Of a stretch of DNA of 64,000 nt, positions 51,915 to 62,050 are shown one piece after another. Position 1 is the stretch's first letter. Each line of letters begins with the position of its first letter. The DNA lies in NCBI GenBank assembly GCA_964592745.1, contig CAZQFL010000006.1, positions 4,942-68,941 on the forward strand, in the 5' to 3' direction. The position numbers and the translations under genes are program-made. The stretch comes from an uncultured Desulfurococcaceae archaeon (GTDB taxonomy: Archaea; Thermoproteota; Thermoprotei_A; Sulfolobales; NBVN01). Below the pieces are notes generated by a model. That model ran no database searches. It worked only from the letters and a program-made list of their open reading frames with translations, and was not told the origin of the DNA.

Positions 51915-53238
51915 CTCCTAACACCCTTGATAGTGCTACAGACATTGATGTGAGAAATGCTATGTAAACACTTGGGAGAAATACTAAAGTGTAAAGATAC
52001 GCAACACTCATAATGATGTATGAGTAGAGTATGCTCGTTAAGTCACTTAATGCTATAAGTCTCTTTTCAGATATACTAGGTTTTAGCGGTTCATAAATAC
52101 CTTTAAATACTATGATTAACGTGTTACTTAATCTTTTTAGCTGTAATGGACATTCATATAACTTAATACCACGCCATGTGAATTCACTCCAATTACACGC
52201 TATATTAACGTCATTAACATTAACATATTCTATGTTAACATTGCTAAACCTAATCAATTTTACTTGAGTAGCTGATTGCGTATATAGGTTAATGATGACT
52301 ATATCACCATAGTTCGTTATCTCTCTTACCATGGTGTCACTATTCAATATAATTGAAAGGCCATTGGTGTACAGTAGGAATGGTACCTTGAGTGTTAATG
52401 TACTTCTAAGCTCACTAGTGTTTACCCTATATGGTTTAGGTGTAAAGAGATATCCCATGAATTCTATTTTAAGGAATAGAGTCAAGTTTGTTGGTATCAA
52501 ATCCTTACCGTAACCTAAGCTTATAATTCCATACCTATTCCCTAAGATTACTCCTCTAGGCTCATCACCTTCCTTAGTGTAAATTAAGAGTATAGGATAT
52601 GGTACTCTATTCCCTACTTCATCAATAACAACAATATTAGTTGAGTTTATGAAAGAACTACCTAAGGATTGGTTTATACTCGGTGTGAGGTATGTAGTGA
52701 AGGCTGGTAGTAATGGAAAGCCTACATACATCACTATTGATGAAGCTATCAAGAACGCGCCAATACCCTTACCTATCCTAAATGGTAGTGAATAAAGTAG
52801 AATGCCCAATAACATTAGCTTATCCTTTAAGGAATATATGGTTAATGCAAGGAAATATATTATTTTAAGAGCTGAGAGAGCCGTCGATATGTAAGTAAGT
52901 GCTAAATTAATTGGTGATGAAATAATGAGTGCATAAACGCTTTTGAAAAATGAGGAAATATACGATAATGTACCAAATAATGTCAGTAACATAGCAGTTC
53001 TAGCTACGAGCCAGTTTATGAAGTTAGACCAGGAATACCCTATTAAATTTAGTATGTAATCACCTAGGTGAAGGAGTATTCCATATATCGATATTAAGAC
53101 TGCGGTTGATATTGAATCAATTATTAATAGCATTCCCCACTTCTTTAAATTTTTATAAGGTATAGGTAACGCTAATATTAGTATACCTATAATATATGTA
53201 AGTAACGCTAAGTTTGAAGCTAGGAGTAGAAAGTCCAT
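51889..53238 (-). CDS. Polytopic membrane protein with a central beta-rich external domain (possible CedA/VirB6-like)
   Basis: 449 aa. About 6 N-terminal TM helices, an about 200-aa non-hydrophobic domain, and 1-2 C-terminal TM helices. Flanked by two small two-helix membrane proteins. Confidence 0.45.
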   Translation of the reverse strand: MDFLLLASNLALLTYIIGILILALPIPYKNLKKWGMLLIIDSISTAVLISIYGILLHLGDYILNLIGYSWSNFINWLVARTAMLLTLFGTLSYISSFFKSVYALIISSPINLALTYISTALSALKIIYFLALTIYSLKDKLMLLGILLYSLPFRIGKGIGAFLIASSIVMYVGFPLLPAFTTYLTPSINQSLGSSFINSTNIVVIDEVGNRVPYPILLIYTKEGDEPRGVILGNRYGIISLGYGKDLIPTNLTLFLKIEFMGYLFTPKPYRVNTSELRSTLTLKVPFLLYTNGLSIILNSDTMVREITNYGDIVIINLYTQSATQVKLIRFSNVNIEYVNVNDVNIACNWSEFTWRGIKLYECPLQLKRLSNTLIIVFKGIYEPLKPSISEKRLIALSDLTSILYSYIIMSVAYLYTLVFLPSVYIAFLTSMSVALSRVLGGGIKIKLI

Positions 53239-53255
53239 ACATTAGCACCTATTAG

Positions 53256-53534
53256 CTATGGTGTTATTGGCGTTGGAGGCATAGGCTGGTAGACATTACT
53301 GACTATGTAAGAAATTAGTGCAAATATTGTTGAGCCCATGGCCATCCAAAAAGCAGCTAAAACCGCATCCTCAATTAATCCTTGTCCTGCTCTCTTAACT
53401 CTATGTATAGGTATAGGGGATCCTCGAATAGCCCATCCAACAATCCATGTAACTAAGAATAGAAGCCATGCTATAGTCATTAATTGAGTAGTCAATTGCT
53501 GAATAAACTCTACTACACCCACGTCCCTCCCCAC
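53256..53534 (-). CDS. Small two-helix membrane protein (possible CedA1/VirB2-like pilin)
   Basis: 92 aa. Two hydrophobic helices (LMTIAWLLFLVTWIVGWAI and AVLAAFWMAMGSTIFALISYIV) are separated by a basic loop (RGSPIPIHRVKRAGQG). GTG start. Confidence 0.4.
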   Translation of the reverse strand: MGRDVGVVEFIQQLTTQLMTIAWLLFLVTWIVGWAIRGSPIPIHRVKRAGQGLIEDAVLAAFWMAMGSTIFALISYIVSNVYQPMPPTPITP

Positions 53535-53580
53535 ACATTAAAAGGGTTTAAAAATTGTATTATGGTAAGGGAAGGAGTGT

Positions 53581-55593
53581 ATGCGTAAGTGGGGCTTTAA
53601 GAGGGACCTGTACTGGTGCCCTACCTGTAATATACCATTAAGGAGTGAACTATGTGGAAAGTGTGGTGGTAAGGCGATTAAGGTTAAGATAAATGAACCT
53701 GGAGATCTAAGGCCAGCATTTGATGGTGATTTAAAGTTTATTGAAGAAGCCTTAGTTAATGAGTTTGGTGATGCTAAGCTAATGCATAAACTAGGGATAG
53801 GGAATAACTTAACATTTCTCAATAGAGTTCCTCACTATGATGACATGAAGGAAGTAATTGTTAATGGGGTAATAGTTGGGAGATTATACTTTGATCCATA
53901 TAGATTTAAATGGCGTTGGCGACTTAATAAGTTAAGTGCCCTAGAAGCTTTGAATGAAGGTTTAATTAAGCATTATGTCAGGGATAGTGCTAAACCTTTA
54001 GAGATAGTAGATGATGCTAAAAATGCTGAGGACGGTGAACAAGCAGCAATAATTAATAAGAACGGAGACATAATAGCTTTAGCCATTGCTAGGAGAGGCA
54101 AGTTCAGAGTTCAAATAATATTTAAGAAAGGTAAAGAACTACCTGAACCATTCAAGAGCAAATCAACAATAGATGATGTTCTTAAAGGGAATGACGAATA
54201 CTTAAGAATGCTTATATCAAGATCCTTAGCGCACCTAGTAGTAATTAGTGAGAGAGTAGGCTTACCAATAGTTTTATCATACTCAGGAGGGAAGGATTCA
54301 TTATTATCACTACATTTAGCCTTAAATGCTGGTATAGAGCCTAAATTATTATTCAACGATACGGGATTAGAGTTCCCTGAAACTGTTAGTAACGTATACA
54401 ATGTCTCAAAAATATATGGTCTAGAGTTAATTACTGCAAATGCTGGTGATAAGTTCTGGCATAGTGTTAATGTATTTGGCCCCCCTGCAAAGGATTATAG
54501 ATGGTGCTGTAAAGTTGTAAAACTTATTCCTATAGCTAAGACTTATAAGAAATACTTTCCACGAGGTCTTCTAGTAATAATAGGTCAACGAGCTCTAGAG
54601 TCTATAGATAGATCTTGGAGTGGGCGTGTTTGGAGAAATAGGTGGTTACCCTTAGCTTTAAACACTACACCAATACAGGAATGGGATCAGCTGTCTGAAT
54701 GGCTTTACATAATTAAGAATAAATTACCTGTAAATCCTCTTTACTTTAGAGGTTTCGATAGACTTGGCTGTTATTTATGTCCTGCAGCTTACATAGCTGA
54801 GTACTACATAGTTAATAAGGAACATCCTGAATTATGGGAGAGATGGTTGAATGTACTTAATGAGTGGTGTACTAAGCTATGCCTACCTAAACAATGGGTT
54901 AGGTTCCACTTATGGAGGTGGCTTAACCCTCTAGGTCAGGGGAGGAGAAGAGTAGAATTATGGTTAGGATTAAAGAAGCCATCGAATTGGATTAATGAAT
55001 ATGAGAGACGTTCAGGTCTCACAATTACAGGATATGAGATTAATGGCGGGTACGTAATTAAGATTAAAGAAGGCATACCCATTGAGGGTATAGTAAAACA
55101 ATATAGGATAATTGGTCGCAAACTAATAGTTAGTGATGGTAATGTAGCAATCTTAGATAGTGAGAGAGAGATTAGAGTGTCTAAGCATACTATTGCAGTT
55201 AGGAGTAATGAAAATCCGTTTGAATATGCTGTACTAACCTTAAAATTAGCCATAAGGTGGAGTAGGTGTGTAAGCTGCGGTAACTGTAGTTTATGGTGTC
55301 CTAAAGGAGCTATATCACTAAGTAATGAACGCCCTGAAGTTAATCCTGAAAAATGTATTGGTTGTGGTATATGCGTCGAAGTATGTCCGCTAGCTGAGGT
55401 ATTTACGGAGAAACTTATTGTAAGTAGACTAACAGGTAATCCTAAAGGGAGACCTAGAAAGTTAAAAGCATTAAGTTTAGAGTACGTTAAGGCATTAAGG
55501 AGAAAGCAGATATCTGAGAAGGGCAGAGATTCAGAGGTTAAACAGCATTATGAAGGTATTAGTGAATTGTTTAGTGAGGAAGAGAATGAGTAA
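53581..55593 (+). CDS. PAPS-reductase-family PP-loop protein with an N-terminal zinc ribbon and a C-terminal 2x[4Fe-4S] ferredoxin domain
   Basis: CPTCNIPL...CGKCGG; PP-loop LSYSGGKDS; YRWCCKV; CVSCGNCSLWCP and CIGCGICVEVCP. Confidence 0.75.
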   Translation: MRKWGFKRDLYWCPTCNIPLRSELCGKCGGKAIKVKINEPGDLRPAFDGDLKFIEEALVNEFGDAKLMHKLGIGNNLTFLNRVPHYDDMKEVIVNGVIVGRLYFDPYRFKWRWRLNKLSALEALNEGLIKHYVRDSAKPLEIVDDAKNAEDGEQAAIINKNGDIIALAIARRGKFRVQIIFKKGKELPEPFKSKSTIDDVLKGNDEYLRMLISRSLAHLVVISERVGLPIVLSYSGGKDSLLSLHLALNAGIEPKLLFNDTGLEFPETVSNVYNVSKIYGLELITANAGDKFWHSVNVFGPPAKDYRWCCKVVKLIPIAKTYKKYFPRGLLVIIGQRALESIDRSWSGRVWRNRWLPLALNTTPIQEWDQLSEWLYIIKNKLPVNPLYFRGFDRLGCYLCPAAYIAEYYIVNKEHPELWERWLNVLNEWCTKLCLPKQWVRFHLWRWLNPLGQGRRRVELWLGLKKPSNWINEYERRSGLTITGYEINGGYVIKIKEGIPIEGIVKQYRIIGRKLIVSDGNVAILDSEREIRVSKHTIAVRSNENPFEYAVLTLKLAIRWSRCVSCGNCSLWCPKGAISLSNERPEVNPEKCIGCGICVEVCPLAEVFTEKLIVSRLTGNPKGRPRKLKALSLEYVKALRRKQISEKGRDSEVKQHYEGISELFSEEENE

Positions 55594-55634
55594 TTAAGTA
55601 ATAAGGTGTCAGTTAGTGGTCCCTCATTCATCAA

Positions 55635-55976
55635 TCATTCTAGGACACCCTTCATCATACACGTTACTTCCTTAAACATATCTTTAAGCGTACTAATAAC
55701 TTTCTTAATGGTGCCGTCAACGCTCTCCATGTTATTGAATACTATTATACATAACACGTTAAATTGTTTTGGGTAATCTCTATTTAGGAATCCTAAAACT
55801 AACGATTTTGAGGAAGTGCCTAAATCGTTATTAACTGTAATTGCGAGAGTCGTAAATAACTTGTTATACGGTTCAGGTAATTGGTTCCATGACTTCACAA
55901 TAAGTTGAGCAAGTGGTTCATCAAGCTCTTGGACCTCACTGATTTTACAGTCCTCATTAAGGAATACTATCCTCAT
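55635..55976 (-). CDS. Hypothetical protein (113 aa)
   Basis: Follows the methyltransferase gene with a 3-nt spacer. No family recognised. Confidence 0.4.
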   Translation of the reverse strand: MRIVFLNEDCKISEVQELDEPLAQLIVKSWNQLPEPYNKLFTTLAITVNNDLGTSSKSLVLGFLNRDYPKQFNVLCIIVFNNMESVDGTIKKVISTLKDMFKEVTCMMKGVLE

Positions 55977-55979
55977 AGT

Positions 55980-56456
55980 TCACCTCACTACATATAGGTA
56001 CACTCTATGATTAATTATACCATCAGAAAATAGATAAGTTTCAACAGGATCCCATCCTGGAATTTCAAATTCATGAGAAACTACACGCGTACCTCTACGT
56101 AACTCCCTCTCAAGTTTAGGTCTAAGCATTTTATTTACTGAAGTAAGTAGAAATAAAGTGATTACTGTTGCCTCAGAAATGTCTACATTAAACATGTCAT
56201 CATTAATAACCACTACTCTTCCTTCAAGTCCTTTAGCTTTAACTTGACTTAAGGCTCTCTCATATAAATCCTTACGAATTTCAATACATACAGCCTTCTT
56301 AACGTTAAATACCTCAACAGCTCTTATTGGTATTCTGCCATCACCGCATCCTAAGTCGTACACGATATCGTTAGGTCCTGCCTTAGCGACTTTAAGCATG
56401 AAGTCAACTACGGGAATTGGTGTTGGTACGAACGGTACTGATACTCTACCACTCAT
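55980..56456 (-). CDS. Crenarchaeal protein-lysine methyltransferase aKMT-like (class I SAM MTase)
   Basis: VPFVPTP...DIVYDLGCGDGRIPIRA...VDISEATVITLFLL...GTRVVSHEFEIPGW...HRVYLYV closely follows my recollection of the Sulfolobus aKMT sequence. ATG 56456 is preferred over GTG 56486. Confidence 0.65.
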   Translation of the reverse strand: MSGRVSVPFVPTPIPVVDFMLKVAKAGPNDIVYDLGCGDGRIPIRAVEVFNVKKAVCIEIRKDLYERALSQVKAKGLEGRVVVINDDMFNVDISEATVITLFLLTSVNKMLRPKLERELRRGTRVVSHEFEIPGWDPVETYLFSDGIINHRVYLYVVR

Positions 56457-56646
56457 CAATCCCCATCCACTGAAAACTAGGTACACAGTATAAAATAACT
56501 TAAGTGATTAAACATCATTAAAGATATAATGAAATGTTTCAGAAAGTATTTTAACATCATTAATCAGATCCCGGATTCCTCAACATCTACTACATACTTA
56601 ACTAGCTATCTTTTAATACTTAGCGTAGATTAATTGATGGATAAGG

Positions 56647-57255
56647 ATGCTAACGAGATTAAGAGCTAGGTTTAACAGGTTATTTTATAGTGTTGCTAAA
56701 TACTTAGCTGATATAGGTGTAAAACCTAATCATGTAACTATCTCAGGATTAATCATTAGCTTAATCTCTCCCTTCATAATTTATTTCATGTATAGGAGTG
56801 CTTTCGTAGCGCTAGTTCTCGTAGCACTTTCAGCCTTATGTGATGTACTAGACGGTGCTATAGCTAAACTTACCGAGTCAGTAACACCTTTAGGTGCATT
56901 CCTTGATTCAATAAGTGATAGAGTGTCCGATATCACATACTCAATCATGCTATTAATATTAGGGATGGATGCTATATTAGTTATGATATTCATGTCTACA
57001 TCACTTCTGATAAGCTACATCAGAGCTAGAGCTGAATCGCTAAGTATTAAATTGGAGGGTATAGGTATTATGGAAAGAGCTGAGAGAGTCTTAGCTGTGC
57101 TCCTAATACTATTAATTATGGCTATAGGTGAGGTTACCGCAGCACACATAGTCATGCTCATAGTATCTATATTAAACGTTTTGACCATATTACAGAGGGG
57201 CATGAAGGTATGGAGGAGTATGAAAAAGGATTTAAGGCATGGTTATTCACTTTAG
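56647..57255 (+). CDS. CDP-alcohol phosphatidyltransferase (archaeal phospholipid head-group synthase)
   Basis: Motif DVLDGAIAK...GAFLDSISDRVSD (D-x2-DG-x2-AR...G-x3-D-x3-D), multi-TM. Confidence 0.8.
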   Translation: MLTRLRARFNRLFYSVAKYLADIGVKPNHVTISGLIISLISPFIIYFMYRSAFVALVLVALSALCDVLDGAIAKLTESVTPLGAFLDSISDRVSDITYSIMLLILGMDAILVMIFMSTSLLISYIRARAESLSIKLEGIGIMERAERVLAVLLILLIMAIGEVTAAHIVMLIVSILNVLTILQRGMKVWRSMKKDLRHGYSL

Positions 57256-58025
57256 GCAATGAGGTTGTTGAGGGTCGAGTAGTAAACACTAATGCTTCAT
57301 ACCTAGGTAGAAGGCTTACATTGTTAGGTTTTAAAGTTATAGGTAATGTGTCATTAATTGACGATGTTGACATAATATCAAATCATTTAAGGTACGTTGT
57401 TAAAACGTACAAACCTATGTTGATAGTAACTACAGGAGGATTAGGTCCAACACCAGATGATAGGACATTAGAAGCTGTTGCTAAGGCGTTCAATAAGAGG
57501 TTAATACTAAATGATGAAGCGTTGAAAATGATTAGAGAAAAATATAGTGAAATTAATTTACCTATGACTGAAGAGAGAGTGAAGATGGCATATCTTCCTG
57601 AAGGTGCTATACCCATACCTAATCCTATAGGTACAGCACCCGGTTCATGGCTGGAGATACCTGAACTTAACTTAGTAGTTATATCACTACCTGGTGTACC
57701 AAGAGAGTTAGAAGCTATGTGGGAGGGATGGGTTGAGAAGAAGTTAAGAGTTATTGGGCCAAAGATCCATATACTTGAGGAAACCTTTACAGTTGTGGGT
57801 ATTCCTGAATCTACCGCTGCTAAAGTACTGAAGGAGATTCAAAAGGAATATAGTAATGTCTACATAAAAACTCATCCTAAGGGGCACGAGATTAGAGGTC
57901 CAAAATTGGAGGTGTACATTATGGCATCATCAAGAGAGAGAGGTGAGGCATTAAGAGTCGCTAAAAATGTTAAGGAATTATTAATTAAGAGATTTATAGA
58001 GTTAGGAGGTAAGGTTCACGAATAG
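57210..58025 (+). CDS. CinA-like MoCF-biosynthesis-domain protein (COG1058)
   Basis: AWLFTLGNEVVEGRVVNTNASYLGRRL...LIVTTGGLGPTPDDRT motifs. Confidence 0.7.
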   Translation: MEEYEKGFKAWLFTLGNEVVEGRVVNTNASYLGRRLTLLGFKVIGNVSLIDDVDIISNHLRYVVKTYKPMLIVTTGGLGPTPDDRTLEAVAKAFNKRLILNDEALKMIREKYSEINLPMTEERVKMAYLPEGAIPIPNPIGTAPGSWLEIPELNLVVISLPGVPRELEAMWEGWVEKKLRVIGPKIHILEETFTVVGIPESTAAKVLKEIQKEYSNVYIKTHPKGHEIRGPKLEVYIMASSRERGEALRVAKNVKELLIKRFIELGGKVHE

Positions 58026-60739
58026 GTTTTAAAGAAATTGTATAGACCCATACTACCAGCTATTTCCTCCCACTCAATACCGAAAGGTATGAGTAACTGC
58101 TGTATAACCGATTTTAACGCTTCCACGTACTCATTAATGTTAACATCATCTAGCTTAGCTAATTGTACAGCCTTAACCTTATCTCTAGTCTTAGTTTTAA
58201 CGTAGAATATAACATCACCTTTACTAACCATAACACCATACTTTCTTAATTGCTTGGCAGCCTTCACATGTATAGGGGTAGTCTTTACGTACTCCTCCAA
58301 TGGCTTATTAAGCGTAGTTCTGAATGCTACTTCATCAAGGGTAAACTCCCTATTCTTAAGCTTTAAGTACACCTCTTGGATTGAGTTTTTAAGAGCATTC
58401 TTAACCTTACTAAGCATTACTGGATTGTCTTCTAAGTCACTCATAAGATTTACAGCCTTAATGAATGTATCCTGTAAGAGTTTAGGTACGTTCTTCTTCT
58501 TACCAACCATACCTTTAATATCGACCTTACCGTTATCTTGCACACCTATGTAGTTCTTCTTTAAGGCGAAAGCAACATATTTATAAACTTTATCTACTTC
58601 AAGATCTAACTGGAACTTCTCTTCAACCCACTTAATTAGCTCATTTAACTTTCTCTCATCGGGTTTCCATAGGAATAAGGAATCAGTGTCTCCATAGAGT
58701 ACTTTAAGACCTAGCTCCTTAGCCTTCTTTAATGTTGATGTAATTACATACCTACCTAGTGCTGTTACAGACTCTGCTACTGAGGGTGTATATAGTGGAA
58801 ACTTCTCGTGACCAAAGACGCCATAGCTAGCATTTATGTATACCTTCATAGCGCTCTGAACAACATCATACCAACTTCTTAACTCACTAGGTAAGTCCTT
58901 CCTTTTAGCTAACTTCTTATAAATGTTAACTCTAAAGTCTCTTAACATACCTACAAGTTCCGATGTAATACCCTTCCTACTTAAGCAGACCTTATGTAGA
59001 GTTCTACCTGACTCATCCTTTATCTCACCTATCTCACCATCCTTACAGAACTCAGGTAGTGGATCTATTGTTTCATAACTTAAGTTCCAAACCTTAATTA
59101 TGCTCGGGTATAGCGATGCGAAGTCTAATACCACCACATTAAAGTATACACCAGGTATCGGGTCTATCACTATAGCACCTGCATATCTCTTACCACCTAT
59201 CTTAGCTGATGTCTTAACTACGCCCTTAATCTTTAGTAACTCATCCTCATTAGGTATTAAGTAGTTCCTCCTTCTGTGTTCCCAATACATTAGGTTCTTA
59301 ATCCATGCTGATACCTTCCTCCTCGTTACATCCTCTAATGACATCTTAGCTAGTCTCATTATTAGTATTATGAGCTTCCAAACAAGTTCATCATTAAATG
59401 TTGTTAATTTTAAGGTTAAGGAACTATCAGTTGCGTTATACTCTGCTAGCTCACTTAACGATATATCACCAACAGCTTCCTCAAGCTTGATTTTTGCTTC
59501 ACCTAGGAGTGCTTGAGCTATAGCATCGAGTGTTTTCTCCTTATATGCTGAACCGAATGCATAATTCTGTATGGCTTCGATACTGAAGAACTTGTAAAGG
59601 TCTATGTGGAATCCATGCTTAATACTTACGAAATCCCTAACCTCAACTATTGGATTTAACTCAGGTTCAATACCTAGTATCATAGCTCTATTATGTAGAT
59701 ACGGTAAGTCGAATTCATCACCATTAAATGTCAATATTAATGGGTAATCGTTGATAATCCTAAATGCTTCAAGAATCAAGGCTCTTTCACTATCAAAAAT
59801 CTCCACCTCATAATCACTAGGTATCTTTCTTAAATCACCTATCTCAACACCATCCCTACCTAATAGAAGGACTTTCCTTAACCCATCATTAGATGTTAAA
59901 GCAATGCTTATCACAGGATACGGAGTCTTCACAGCATCAGGTATCCTACCCTTAAATGGGGTATACACTTCTATGTCTATGGCTAATCTCCTGATCTTAG
60001 GTGGTCTTGCCTCAAATAGTGGTACGTACCTTAGTGCGTTTCTTTTTAGATCCTCAGGTAAGTCTTTAACAGCTGACTCAAATAACTCAATTACTTCCTT
60101 AGGTATCTTTACCTCGACTTCCTTTAGTAATCCCTTACTAGCTTTATACACCATTCCAGGTATTAAGCCATTGTCAAATATGTAGTTATCATGATACTTT
60201 ATTTTAGCTTCCCATACATTCTTAAAGTAATTCCTTAACCTCCTAACTGCTTGCGGGTCCTTGACAACAACCTTAGTGAGTCTAACCTCCTTACCTCTAA
60301 GGAGGTCGTACTTCCTAACTACTTCTAAATGACTGAATGATTTATCATTAACAACATTCCTCATTTGCTTTATCCTATCAGGTTCCTCATCTGTTAGGAA
60401 GTATGGCATGTGACCTGTAACATCGTAGACCTCATAAACCTTATCATTTTCATCGTCATAGAACCTTAGGTAGGCCTTAGCATGAGCACCTGAATAGTAT
60501 GAGCCCATCAAGTAGGCTTTTTCAAATGTATTAGTTCTACTAAGTATCTCTGAAAACTCCTTGTATTCCTTAACCTCATTAGACGTTACATGTAGTATGA
60601 TGTTAATTCCTTCAATGTTATACTGCCTTACATCGGAGTTAGAGCTATGCTTAGTGAATTCCATGAGGCTTCTGTACTTACCTTTATACCTCATTAATGC
60701 TCTACTCCTAACCCTCTTCATCCCCAAAAAGACACTCAC
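58016..60739 (-). CDS. polB: Family B DNA polymerase
   Basis: 907 aa. Exo I (LAIDIEV), pol motif A (DFASLYPSII), pol motif C (YGDTDS). Confidence 0.95.
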   Translation of the reverse strand: MSVFLGMKRVRSRALMRYKGKYRSLMEFTKHSSNSDVRQYNIEGINIILHVTSNEVKEYKEFSEILSRTNTFEKAYLMGSYYSGAHAKAYLRFYDDENDKVYEVYDVTGHMPYFLTDEEPDRIKQMRNVVNDKSFSHLEVVRKYDLLRGKEVRLTKVVVKDPQAVRRLRNYFKNVWEAKIKYHDNYIFDNGLIPGMVYKASKGLLKEVEVKIPKEVIELFESAVKDLPEDLKRNALRYVPLFEARPPKIRRLAIDIEVYTPFKGRIPDAVKTPYPVISIALTSNDGLRKVLLLGRDGVEIGDLRKIPSDYEVEIFDSERALILEAFRIINDYPLILTFNGDEFDLPYLHNRAMILGIEPELNPIVEVRDFVSIKHGFHIDLYKFFSIEAIQNYAFGSAYKEKTLDAIAQALLGEAKIKLEEAVGDISLSELAEYNATDSSLTLKLTTFNDELVWKLIILIMRLAKMSLEDVTRRKVSAWIKNLMYWEHRRRNYLIPNEDELLKIKGVVKTSAKIGGKRYAGAIVIDPIPGVYFNVVVLDFASLYPSIIKVWNLSYETIDPLPEFCKDGEIGEIKDESGRTLHKVCLSRKGITSELVGMLRDFRVNIYKKLAKRKDLPSELRSWYDVVQSAMKVYINASYGVFGHEKFPLYTPSVAESVTALGRYVITSTLKKAKELGLKVLYGDTDSLFLWKPDERKLNELIKWVEEKFQLDLEVDKVYKYVAFALKKNYIGVQDNGKVDIKGMVGKKKNVPKLLQDTFIKAVNLMSDLEDNPVMLSKVKNALKNSIQEVYLKLKNREFTLDEVAFRTTLNKPLEEYVKTTPIHVKAAKQLRKYGVMVSKGDVIFYVKTKTRDKVKAVQLAKLDDVNINEYVEALKSVIQQLLIPFGIEWEEIAGSMGLYNFFKTYS

Positions 60740-60805
60740 CTTACTAACTTTAAAATAGCTATCATACTTAGTGTCTTAAGAATACGTTAAATAGGCTGTA
60801 TTACT

Positions 60806-61471
60806 ATGCTTATCTTAGGTGTTATTTTGACTTACACTATATTAGCGTTAGCACCTAAGGCTGCATTCTTAGGTATAGCTACAGCGTCAGGCAGTATTGC
60901 TGTTGGTTCTCGCGTTCCATGGGCTAAGTACCCAGTAGCTTGTGTAGCTACCCAAGCATATACTAATCCATCCTTAGGTCCTAAAATAATAAGGCTCATT
61001 AATGAGGGATGCAACGCATCTGAAGCTCTGAGAAGAGCCTTAAGTGATGATCCTGAACCCAACCTTAGGCAGGTTGCAGTAATGACAATTAACGGTGATA
61101 AAGCTGTTCATAACGGTCGTGACATACCTAGAGAGATGGGTTATTACGTAGGTTCAAATAGTGTATGTATTGCTAACTTGGTAGTCAACTCTAAACTAGC
61201 TCAAGAAATGTGTAAGGTATTTGAGGATAACTATGAAAGAATTAATGACTTAGGTGAATTCGTGAAATTCCTCCTGGAAGCATTAGAATATGCACATAGC
61301 ATAGGTGGTGATAAGAGGGGTGATAGAAGTTCAGCACTACTAATTGTTGGTAACACATCATATGGAGACCTCTATGATAGGATCGTAGATTTAAGAGTAG
61401 ACCTTAGTAATGAACCCATAAGAGATCTTAAACAGTTAACTAAAGCATACTTAGGATTTAAAACCACATAA
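60806..61471 (+). CDS. DUF1028-family Ntn-hydrolase-fold protein
   Basis: ...GIATASGSIAVGSRVPW...VATQAYTNPSLG...RQVAVM...GDKRG pattern. An in-frame TTG at 60827 would give MTYTILA..., exposing the family-typical N-terminal Thr. Confidence 0.65.
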   Translation: MLILGVILTYTILALAPKAAFLGIATASGSIAVGSRVPWAKYPVACVATQAYTNPSLGPKIIRLINEGCNASEALRRALSDDPEPNLRQVAVMTINGDKAVHNGRDIPREMGYYVGSNSVCIANLVVNSKLAQEMCKVFEDNYERINDLGEFVKFLLEALEYAHSIGGDKRGDRSSALLIVGNTSYGDLYDRIVDLRVDLSNEPIRDLKQLTKAYLGFKTT

Positions 61472-61556
61472 ATTACCGATCATTTAAGCCAGCACTACAA
61501 CCTACTCTATACTAAGAAAGACTCTTTATAAGTTCCTAATCACTAAGTATGATGAA

Positions 61557-61634
61557 GGGCCCGTGGCCTAGCCAGGATAGGGCGCCGGCCTTCGGAGCCG
61601 GAGGCCCCGGGTTCAAATCCCGGCGGGCCCGCCA
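61557..61634 (+). tRNA. tRNA-Arg (anticodon TCG), CCA encoded
   Basis: Acceptor GGGCCCG/CGGGCCC, anticodon arm CCGGC-CTTCGGA-GCCGG, T arm CCGGG-TTCAAAT-CCCGG. Confidence 0.9.
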
Positions 61635-62050
61635 CATCTTAATGAGATATTTAAGGAACGCTTTTTCCATTTCTTAAATTTCGTCAAGAACGTAGGTAAG
61701 AGCCCTATACTTAAGAACTATTATAGTATTATAGTTTAAGAATGATAACCTTGCTATCTACCATGGGAACTACTAATCTTAATTGTGACGACTATCGTTC
61801 AACATGTTAAGTAATAAAATAATGATGAGATAATAGGACTATATCTTAGTGCCTCAAATTACCATCGGTTCCTAAAATATCTCTTTATTAAGTGTTAACC
61901 TTTAAAGCTGGAGGTCTGGCTTCAAGTCCTCACGAACCTTCTAATAAAGTTTATTGTATTGCTAGATATCACTTGGCAGTCTTTCATCTTTAGAGTTAGT
62001 GTAGCGAGGGATTGTAGGAGATTAAGAAATTAATAAAAATTCCTTGGTTA

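Noticed and set aside
53538-53822. Track ORF (94 aa, minus strand)
   Set aside because: It is antisense to the well-supported 5' end of the 670-aa PP-loop gene and has no start context.
56520-56600. Two ATGATGT motifs and one CTGA on the minus strand
   Set aside because: The spacing is wrong (19-nt inter-box spacer), there is no terminal D box, and the region is AT-rich, unlike the other sRNA candidates.
61900-61950. T-arm-like string GAGGTCTGGCTTCAAGTCCTC, considered as a tRNA fragment or att repeat
   Set aside because: It does not match the 3' half of the adjacent tRNA-Arg or of any other tRNA in the window.
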